Source: an uncultured Candidatus Saccharibacteria bacterium (lineage in GTDB: Bacteria; Patescibacteriota; Minisyncoccia; Phycocordibacterales; UBA5272). From it: a stretch of 64,000 nt of DNA. Numbering within the stretch: position 1 is the first letter of the stretch; the number at the start of each line of letters is the position of its first letter. The DNA is taken from assembly GCA_964546555.1 (NCBI GenBank), contig CAZJJX010000005.1:5304-69303 (forward strand), read 5' to 3'. Of this stretch, positions 19,239-27,600 are shown in pieces. The notes under the pieces are model-generated. The model was not told the origin of the DNA and made no database searches. It saw only the letters and a list, made by a program, of their open reading frames with translations. Made by a program: the position numbers and the translations under genes.

Positions 19239-19859
19239 GTGGTTTGGGATGGTGCAGTTAACCGAAAAGTTATTTTTGTCCGCCAATCTCTTGCTGCAAT
19301 AGTTACTGTAGGGGTTTCAATGCTGTTATTTTCGAAAGATACTGTTGAATTGACTTCAAGCAGCGGAACCAAACAACTTATATCTGGAGATCTTGTTGGT
19401 TTTATTGTTTTAGTGGCTGGCTTTATTTTTGTTCTTATTCGCTGCATATATCTTTACAAAATTGCATACGCAATAACCAACAAAAGGATCATTATACGAT
19501 CTGGCATCATTGGTGCTGACTTGAACTCGATAACATTTCAGCAAATCAAAAGTTCAAACGTTAATGTAGGACTAATTGGAAAAATTTTCTCGACAGGAAC
19601 TATTAATATAGACACGGGTAAGGTAGAAACAGTAACTCATGGCACAGGAACAAACAAAACATCCGAAACAAGAACTGCTTACGATAGATTGCTCGACATA
19701 GATACACCATATGAAGTGTACAAAAATATCCAATCAGTATCTGCTTCACGTCAGGAGAGTCTTTACTCAGGTAGAGCAGACATGGAAAATAATACTGATG
19801 CCTACAGAAATGCAAATGAGGTAGTAACGCAACCAACAACCCCTCCTACAACTATCTAA
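19239..19859 (+). CDS. bacterial PH-domain (bPH_2/YdbS-YdbT-like) membrane protein
   Basis: Two TM spans are followed by ITNKRIIIRSGIIGADLNSITFQQIKSSNVNVGLIGKIFSTGTINIDTG. The start is GTG. See the finding on the in-frame upstream ATG and TAA. Confidence 0.6.
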   Translation: MVWDGAVNRKVIFVRQSLAAIVTVGVSMLLFSKDTVELTSSSGTKQLISGDLVGFIVLVAGFIFVLIRCIYLYKIAYAITNKRIIIRSGIIGADLNSITFQQIKSSNVNVGLIGKIFSTGTINIDTGKVETVTHGTGTNKTSETRTAYDRLLDIDTPYEVYKNIQSVSASRQESLYSGRADMENNTDAYRNANEVVTQPTTPPTTI

Positions 19860-19996
19860 AATCACTTTAGAAAGTAACACACTTTTCAGTCACATTGGAA
19901 CCATAGTACGACACAAGCTTTGCAGGCAATTTATGCGTCTTTTAATAACTATTTACTCTTAGTATGTGTTAAAAAATTAAACCAAAAGCAAAAATG

Positions 19997-20005
19997 TGGT
20001 ACAAT
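19997..20005 (+). promoter_or_regulatory. extended -10 box TGgTACAAT for orphan gene 20035
   Basis: The tggtacaat box lies about 30 nt upstream of GTG 20035, with AAGGAG at 20023-20028. Confidence 0.45.
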
Positions 20006-20034
20006 CTCAACCTCTGCTCAAAAAGGAGTGAGTC

Positions 20035-20379
20035 GTGGTAACACAAACTGAACAAACTTTTAACAGAAACAGGAATCGCTCTCCGTGTTTCAATAGTAGT
20101 TCATGGAAAGATAGGTCAAGCGTGTTCACGTGCTACAGAATAAGCCTTACAGCTTACTGTGATGAAAGTATAAAAGAAGAACGTTTAAGGAAAATGGAGG
20201 CACAATTTGCAAAAAAAAAGGTAGCTGAGATTAAAAAAATAAGAAGGGATCATGTTTCCCTTACATTAGATAAGAGTTATTTTGACCAATTGGCACGACA
20301 GATTCCAAAAAAAATAGAAAGATGCCATGTACCCGGGAGATGGTACATAGAATACACACTAATATTTTGTGTTAAATAA
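20035..20379 (+). CDS. basic hypothetical protein (orphan)
   Basis: 114 aa with a GTG start 6 nt after AAGGAG. It has its own -10 box and a strong terminator directly downstream. Confidence 0.45.
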   Translation: MVTQTEQTFNRNRNRSPCFNSSSWKDRSSVFTCYRISLTAYCDESIKEERLRKMEAQFAKKKVAEIKKIRRDHVSLTLDKSYFDQLARQIPKKIERCHVPGRWYIEYTLIFCVK

Positions 20380-20391
20380 CGCGTAGCCTAC

Positions 20392-20422
20392 GGTGCAGGG
20401 AAGTCCTGCACCTTTTATTTTT
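20392..20422 (+). terminator. rho-independent terminator
   Basis: Hairpin is ggtgcagg-gaagt-cctgcacc, followed by ttttattttt. Confidence 0.8.
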
Positions 20423-20434
20423 AAATACACCCAT

Positions 20435-21523
20435 CTATTTATTGTCCCATTCCTTGATACTACTTTCTACCTCTTGTGATGTGTTGCACTCCATTAGTTT
20501 CATTCGCAATTCTTTTGCACCGTCAAAACCGTTCACGTACGCCTTATAGTGCTTTTTCATAATAGCGAAACTTTTGATGTCACCCAACTTCTCCTCATAG
20601 AGCTTCGTATGTTCTATACAAATACGCAGCCTCTCTGTTACACTTTTCCCTTTATTAAAAGTCTCTTCATCAAAAAACCACGGGGTACCAAATATTCCTC
20701 GCCCAACCATGACACCATCACATCCGGTGTCTTGTGCACGTTGTTTACCTTCAGTTACTGACTTAATATCACCATTCCCTAAGATAATTGTACCTCCATC
20801 TTTTACCTCCCCTGTTATATCGCGTACAAGTTTCACAACTTCAGGCATCAGTTCCCAATGCGCATCAACAAGTGACATCTCTTTTCGTGTACGAAGATGC
20901 ACCGTAAGTGTAGGAATATTACATTCAAGAATCTTTGGCAACCACTCCATAAATTCTATTTTGTTATATCCTAGACGTGTTTTTACAGATACTGGGATAT
21001 CTACCGCCCCTTCTTGCGCTGCACGTATAACTTCTTGAGCACGTTTCCAGTCCTTTATGTGTGCTGCACCTGCTCCTTGTTTCTCAATACTTTTATCTGG
21101 ACAGCCCATATTGATGTCGATTCCATCAAATCCTAACTCTCGGCAGAACGCTGCAGCTTTGCGCATGTTTTCTGGCGTCGAAGTAAATAGTTGCGCAACA
21201 ATTGGTCGCTCAATATCTGTGTATTCAAGATCTCGCTTAAGCACCTCTCTTCCAGGAGAATTGAGACCGTCTGCAGAAACAAACTCTGTCCACATAACGT
21301 CTGGTCCATGTGGTTTTGAATACTGCGCAATCATTGTACGAAAAGCAATATCGGTAACATCTGCCATTGGCGCAACCACAAAAAGCTTTTCACCAACAAG
21401 AAGCTTATTGTCTATTAGTTTCTGCCAAAAACCACGCACAGGTACACCTGTACTTTTCTGTATTTTTTTTGACGTTTTACTAGTGTGCTTGGGTAGCAGT
21501 TGCTTGAGTAGTTGTCGTAGCAT
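20435..21523 (-). CDS. tRNA-dihydrouridine synthase (Dus family)
   Basis: VVAPMADVTDIAFR, GFDGIDINMGCP and VSVKTRLG are TIM-barrel Dus motifs. Confidence 0.85.
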   Translation of the reverse strand: MLRQLLKQLLPKHTSKTSKKIQKSTGVPVRGFWQKLIDNKLLVGEKLFVVAPMADVTDIAFRTMIAQYSKPHGPDVMWTEFVSADGLNSPGREVLKRDLEYTDIERPIVAQLFTSTPENMRKAAAFCRELGFDGIDINMGCPDKSIEKQGAGAAHIKDWKRAQEVIRAAQEGAVDIPVSVKTRLGYNKIEFMEWLPKILECNIPTLTVHLRTRKEMSLVDAHWELMPEVVKLVRDITGEVKDGGTIILGNGDIKSVTEGKQRAQDTGCDGVMVGRGIFGTPWFFDEETFNKGKSVTERLRICIEHTKLYEEKLGDIKSFAIMKKHYKAYVNGFDGAKELRMKLMECNTSQEVESSIKEWDNK

Positions 21524-22373
21524 GGTTCCCTAGTATACCATTGACACTGCCTTTTTGAAATGTCATATCACTAAACCTATAAAACACCTTGTTGCCATAT
21601 CTAACATCAAGGTACTCAAGAGTTTCTTTACTACTTGCAAGTTTAGTCTTAAGTGGTTCCGTGTCTATTGCACTGACAAGAGTCGACCATGTCTTCTTAA
21701 AATCAGAATCTTTCAAAATTTTTACCATACTTGTTTTTGACATGCTATAGTACGTAACATCTCCATCTACGCTAATTGATATAATTTCAACAGGAAATAT
21801 AACACTACTTATTTTAGACGAGAGATCACTTACATTAGTGAGTAACTCCCTTTTATCTATCTTGTCAGGAATAATAATTTCCGTTAGTGTAAGCGATTTG
21901 TTTTGAAAGACACTTGTTGTTGATGATGCAATCTCTATACGAGGGTATGGGTCAAGGTTTTCTTTGGTACTAAACATGATCCCATCATTGGTAAGTGCTT
22001 GGGATTCATTAATTTTAAAAACAGGTGTCAGTCTCTTTATATCTATTACAAGTGTATGAAGCCCTTTAGGTGAGATAGTGAGCGACCCAATCTCTGGAAC
22101 CTCACCAAAGACAGTCTCAGTAATTCTTTTTGTACTATATGTGTAAATTTTATTTGAAGGGAAAAACTTAAAAAACTTTTTTGATGCATCCTCATGAAGC
22201 TTTTGGTCGATTGCAATTTTTGTTAGATTGTCTACACCACGAATGTCATATGATGTAACCGAAAAAAAAGAGGTTCCAAAGTAAAAATAAACGGAAAGTA
22301 CAATAAAGCTAACACTAAGCAAAAGTGTTGTGTAGCGAATTATTTTTACTAAAGTCTTTCTTTTAATTTTCAT
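21480..22373 (-). CDS. FtsQ/DivIB-like cell-division protein (POTRA)
   Basis: ATG 22373 gives MKIKRKTLVKIIRY, then a TM span, then FSVTSYDIRGVDNLTKIAIDQKL. Its 3' end overlaps the Dus start by 44 nt. Confidence 0.55.
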   Translation of the reverse strand: MKIKRKTLVKIIRYTTLLLSVSFIVLSVYFYFGTSFFSVTSYDIRGVDNLTKIAIDQKLHEDASKKFFKFFPSNKIYTYSTKRITETVFGEVPEIGSLTISPKGLHTLVIDIKRLTPVFKINESQALTNDGIMFSTKENLDPYPRIEIASSTTSVFQNKSLTLTEIIIPDKIDKRELLTNVSDLSSKISSVIFPVEIISISVDGDVTYYSMSKTSMVKILKDSDFKKTWSTLVSAIDTEPLKTKLASSKETLEYLDVRYGNKVFYRFSDMTFQKGSVNGILGNHATTTTQATATQAH

Positions 22374-22429
22374 GGTACTTAGAGAAACATTTACAAAAAC
22401 AGCCGACAACACAAACTAGTTAAGATTAA

Positions 22430-23704
22430 CTAAGCACGAAACGCTTTACCAATTGTTTTTTTGCCATTCATGAACGGAACAAGAACATCAGGTACTTTAA
22501 TCGTGCCGTCAGCTTGTTGGTAGTTTTCGATAATTGCAATAAGAAGTCGAGGCGTTGCAGCTGCGGTGTTGTTAAGTGAGTGTGTATACTCCATCTTACC
22601 ATTCTGGTCCTTATAACGAATATTTAATCTTCTCGTTTGAAAGTCATGGAAGTAACTTGCCGAATGTGTCTCACGGTACTTATTTTGTGACGGCATCCAT
22701 GCTTCGATATCGTACTTCTTAACTTGACCTTGTCCCAGATCACCTCCGCAGTTAACAACTGTATGATATGGAATACCAAGCTCCTCCATCATCTCTTCTG
22801 CATTGCGAGCAATTTCTTCATGATGCTTGACCGATGTCTCATGACTTGCTTCACAGAGCACAACTTGCTCGCACTTATAAAACTCATGCACACGCACAAG
22901 ACCTTTTACATCTTTACCATGACTTCCCGCTTCTTTACGAAAACACGGACTCCAGACAATGTATTTTTTTGGAAGATCTTTTACATCTAATACTTCATCG
23001 CTATGGTAGAACATTGATGCCACTTCTCCTGTTCCAGCTAAGTAATCATCACCATCTTTATAGAGGTCATCTTCTCCGCCCGGCAAATACCCGGTACCTA
23101 AAAGTGCTGACCTCTTCACAAGCGATGGCACAAGCATCGGTGTAAAATTTTTCGCTTGCCACTTTTGCATAACATACTGCCAGATTGCAAGTTCAAGCAT
23201 TGCTGCATCATTCTTTAAGAAGTAACCACGAAAGCCTGCGGTTTTTGTACCACGATCGAAGTCAACCATATCACTTTTCTCCATAAGCTCAATATGATCT
23301 AGTGGAGTAAATGAAAACGTTGGCATATCTCCCCACTTTCTCACTTCGACATTATCTGCATCGCTTGCACCATCTGGCACAGACATATCCGGAATATTTG
23401 GAACAGCAAGCATGAGTGTCCTCCACGACTTCATTATTTCTTCGAGCTCATCTTCTTTTGCTTTTAACTCTTCTTTAACTGACTTCATACTTTCGATAAG
23501 GTCAGCTCGCTCAAGTGCTGAAGCTTTTGTGATTGCATCACTTGCTGCATTTTGCTTTGAACGAAGTTCTTCGACAGTACGTAGGAGTGCGAGTCTTTTT
23601 GTATCAATATCGAGTAAATCGGTAACATTGAATGCAATCTTCTTTTTTGTTGCCGCAAGCGTGATTAGCTCGCTGTTTTCACGAATAAATTTAATGTCTA
23701 GCAT
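22430..23704 (-). CDS. serS: seryl-tRNA synthetase
   Basis: It has an N-terminal coiled-coil arm and class II motifs (FRKEAGSHGKDVKGLVRVHEF, ETHSASYFHDFQTRR). Confidence 0.95.
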   Translation of the reverse strand: MLDIKFIRENSELITLAATKKKIAFNVTDLLDIDTKRLALLRTVEELRSKQNAASDAITKASALERADLIESMKSVKEELKAKEDELEEIMKSWRTLMLAVPNIPDMSVPDGASDADNVEVRKWGDMPTFSFTPLDHIELMEKSDMVDFDRGTKTAGFRGYFLKNDAAMLELAIWQYVMQKWQAKNFTPMLVPSLVKRSALLGTGYLPGGEDDLYKDGDDYLAGTGEVASMFYHSDEVLDVKDLPKKYIVWSPCFRKEAGSHGKDVKGLVRVHEFYKCEQVVLCEASHETSVKHHEEIARNAEEMMEELGIPYHTVVNCGGDLGQGQVKKYDIEAWMPSQNKYRETHSASYFHDFQTRRLNIRYKDQNGKMEYTHSLNNTAAATPRLLIAIIENYQQADGTIKVPDVLVPFMNGKKTIGKAFRA

Positions 23705-23711
23705 ATTCCCT

Positions 23712-23720
23712 ATTTTATCA
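23712..23720 (-). promoter_or_regulatory. extended -10 box TGaTAAAAT, 7 nt upstream of serS ATG
   Basis: The minus strand reads tgataaaat-agggaat-ATG. Confidence 0.5.
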
Positions 23721-23865
23721 TGTTTTCTAAGGATTTAGAAAGTATGTAACACGAACTGTCAGAGGGGCTTTACAACTAGCAAACTTAGTTATAGTGTAGT
23801 GGCAGGAGCCCGTTTAATAACCATCTCACTATTCACTATTTCAAAACTGTTAAGGAGATCACTTT

Positions 23866-24447
23866 ATGAAAAATTTGTTGAACAGACAGTGGCTTGTTGC
23901 CATGTTTAGCGTTTTTTTAAGCCTGATAACCGGATGTGCGTCGACACAAAACTCGGCATACGACCTCCAGATAAACGTCTGGAACATCAACAAACTTCCC
24001 CAAAAGCTTCAAAACGATATCAAAGGTGTACTCGTACTTGAAAATACAAGGGGGGCATTCCATCAAGACTTTTCACCAAAATTTGGAGCGATTTTACGGG
24101 GTGGGTCAGACCTGAAAGAAACCCCTTGTGAAAAAATCCAAGAAGGTGACTTCAGTGGAATAAATAAAGGATCATGGGAACGAGACCTTAAGAAAAGAGT
24201 CTTTGAGGTCACTTACGTTTCAGGGCTGTTAACACAAAAAACAGTAGAAGTGGCAACGTTTGCAGGAATAGCATGCCTTTCATTTGATAGCCCAGTCAAC
24301 GCAACAGTACGATTGAAAGGTTCTCAGGAAAACCTGCTATCTCCAACAAAACCCCAGGGCGCTGTGAAAACTACACCAACTGATTGGGATCGACAAAAAG
24401 GTAAGAAATTGAACATTCACTTTCTTACCCAGGAAGAACTTGAATGA
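23866..24447 (+). CDS. lipoprotein, unknown function
   Basis: The signal peptide ends in the lipobox LITGC. AAGGAG lies upstream of the ATG. The stop is TGA. Confidence 0.65.
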   Translation: MKNLLNRQWLVAMFSVFLSLITGCASTQNSAYDLQINVWNINKLPQKLQNDIKGVLVLENTRGAFHQDFSPKFGAILRGGSDLKETPCEKIQEGDFSGINKGSWERDLKKRVFEVTYVSGLLTQKTVEVATFAGIACLSFDSPVNATVRLKGSQENLLSPTKPQGAVKTTPTDWDRQKGKKLNIHFLTQEELE

Positions 24448-24454
24448 ACCTAGT

Positions 24455-24482
24455 GCACGCCACATTTGTGGCGTGCTTTTAT
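24455..24482 (+). terminator. rho-independent terminator
   Basis: Hairpin is gcacgccac-attt-gtggcgtgc, followed by ttttat. Confidence 0.8.
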
Positions 24483-24655
24483 TATATTTGCAATTATTTT
24501 TGAAAGGAGTAGTATTCAGGGTAATACAAAGGTAATTTTGTATACAGCTATAAAAGACAATACTATTTTAGGTGTCTTTTATAAATGTCCTTTTTATAGT
24601 AGTCACCTTGATGTAGCTAATTTGTCTTTTATATCTTGACACCAGCTCATCAAGC

Positions 24656-27600
24656 ATGTCACAAGAAAAATCAATTTTTAATACTTATTTTACATGCACA
24701 TCCATACTCCGATCAGTTGGGCTGTTCGTGCTTTTTATTTCACTATTTATTACTTCACCAGTTATAGAGCTTATAAAGGACAATAATCACACCTCGTCAG
24801 TGTTTGCAGTATTTGCTGAAAGTGACGGCGGAAGTGGTGGGGATGCTGGTGCTGAGGGTGGTATGGGCGGAGACGCTAACAATACATCGGCATATTCAGT
24901 TGCATTTAGTCAAACACCAACGATTACACTTTCTTCAACGAATATAAACGGAATTGCGGTGTATTTTACCCCTCCAATTGCTACTTTATTAATCTCTGGA
25001 TCTGCAGTTGACTATCTCCCGGTAACTTGTTCTAAAAACTCTGGGGCAATTTTCCCTATCGGAACTACCACAGTTATATGTTCTGCAAATAACTACTACA
25101 CAGGAGAAACAGTTTCGACTTCTTATTCTGTTGTTGTGACGTACCTTGATCAGATTGCGCCAACAATTACACTCATAGGATCATCAACTCTCACTATTTC
25201 TCAAGGTTCTACGTACATAGATGCTGGCGCTACTGCGATGGACAATTATGATGGAAATATCACCTCGAAGCTACTACAAACAGGATCTGTAAACACCTCG
25301 ATACTAGGCACTTACACACTCTCATACAACGTAAAAGACAATGCTAATAATCAAGCTACGACCCGTACAAGAATCGTAACCGTTGCTGACCTAACAGCTC
25401 CAACTCTTACCCTTATCGGATCAACTACAACTACTATTGAAGCAGGATCTGTTTATGTAGACGCTGGAGCAACAGCACATGACGGCATCAATGGTGACAT
25501 AAGCGGAACAATAACAGGAACAAGTACACTCAACCGATTCACCCCAGGAATATACACAATTACCTATTTTGTAACAGACGCGTCAGGAAATAGTGCAACA
25601 CCTGTGGTAAGGACAGTTGTTGTTGTTGATACCCAAGCTCCAGTTATTACACTTAATGGAACATTAACACAGACTGTAGCTGTAGGGGCACCGTACATTG
25701 AACTTGGTGCAACAGTTACCGATATCGTTGATGGAGGATTAACCCCACAAATTGACTCATCAGCTGTTACAACAAATATTGTCGGAACATATACAGTAAC
25801 TTACCGCGCAACCGACACTCACGGTAACGCTGCACTACCGGTAACCCGTACTGTTTTTGTAGTAGATGTAAGTTCTCCCACAATTAGTCTTAATGGATCT
25901 TCAACTCTCACTATTAACGTTGGTAGTCCATATATAGAACTTGGCGCAACAGTAAACGATAACTATGCGTTAGGTCTTCTTGCATCAGCAAGTGGAACAG
26001 TAAATACAAATACTGTCGGTAGCTACATAATTACTTATAATGCAACTGATACAAGCGGAAACAGAGCAACACCTGTGATTCGAACCATCTTTGTTGTTGA
26101 TACACAAAATCCAGTCGTTACACTTAACGGATCTTCAACTCTCACTATTAACGTTGGTAGCCCATATATAGAACTTGGCGCAATAGTTAGTGATAATTAC
26201 GATCAAAACATACATGCAGTCATTAGCTCATCAACAGTAGACACCCAGAGGTTAGGATCATACTTCGTTACGTATACTGCAACAGACACCTCAGGTAATC
26301 CTGCAACACTAGTTACCAGAACAGTACGCGTTATCGATTCACAATCGCCAGTAATTACTCTTGTTGGATCATCTACAATATCCATACCAGTTAAAACTCC
26401 TTATGGAGAGCTCGGCGCAACTGTATCGGACAATTATGATGTAGGGTTAGTTGCATCAAGTTCGGGAAGTGTTAATACGTCTATAGTTGGACTTTATACT
26501 ATTACTTACTTTGCAATAGACAGCTCATCAAATGCAGCACTCCCAGTTATACGTACAGTCGCAGTTATAGATAATCAGGTGCCTGTCATTACATTAAACG
26601 GAACATCAACACAGATCATTGAGGTTGGTTCTCCATATACTGAGCTCGGCGCGACAGTAGTTGATAATTATGACGCTACATTCTCGGCAACTGCTAATAG
26701 TGCGTCAGTTAATACTGCTAATGTCGGAACATATACAGTGACGTATACCGCTACAGATTCAAACGGTAATAATGCCACCCCAATAACTAGAACAGTTATT
26801 GTTACTGATACACAAGCACCGCAAATAACTTTACTTGGCAGCAACCCTCAAATAATTACACTTGGAGCACCTTATGCCGAACTTGGTTCAGTGGTTACAG
26901 ATAACCTAGACTCAGGACTGGTTTCCACTGTTAACTCTGCATCACTAAATACAGCCGTTCCAGGAACATACTCAGTCCTATACTCAGTAGCAGATTCATC
27001 AGGTAATACCGCAACTGCCACTCGCACAGTTAACGTGGTCGACACCACACCCCCTCTCATCACCCTAAACGGATCATCAACGATTACTCTCTTTGTAGGA
27101 GATACATATACCGAACTTGGTGCTGTAGCAGTAGATGCAGTAGACGGAACAACGACTGTTGTAATAGCAGGTAATGTTGATACAAGTGTTGTTGGGACAA
27201 CAACCATTTTGTACAGTACTGTTGACCAAGCAGGAAATGGAGCAACAAGTACACGTGATGTGATTGTGTCTGCAGTCATTGTTCCACCTGTTGTCGATAC
27301 AGTCCCTCCAGTCATCACCCTAAACGGATCATCAACGATTACTCTCTTTGTAGGAGATACATATACCGAACTTGGTGCTGTAGCAGTAGATGCAGTAGAC
27401 GGAACAACGACTGTATCAATAGTTGGAACTGTAGACACTTCTGTAATTGGCACTTATACGATTGTATACTCATCGACAGATATCGCAGGAAACACTGGAA
27501 CAGCAACACGCACCATAGACGTGGTAGCTGTACCACCAACTTCTATAGTCACAATTCTTAACTCAACAATTAATGGTGTATATTACATCTCATTACGCCC

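Noticed and set aside
25151-27530. Regularly spaced DNA repeats that could be mistaken for a CRISPR array or satellite
   Set aside because: The repeat unit is about 237 nt and lies in frame inside a CDS that encodes Ig-like domains. There is no short repeat/spacer organisation and there are no cas genes.
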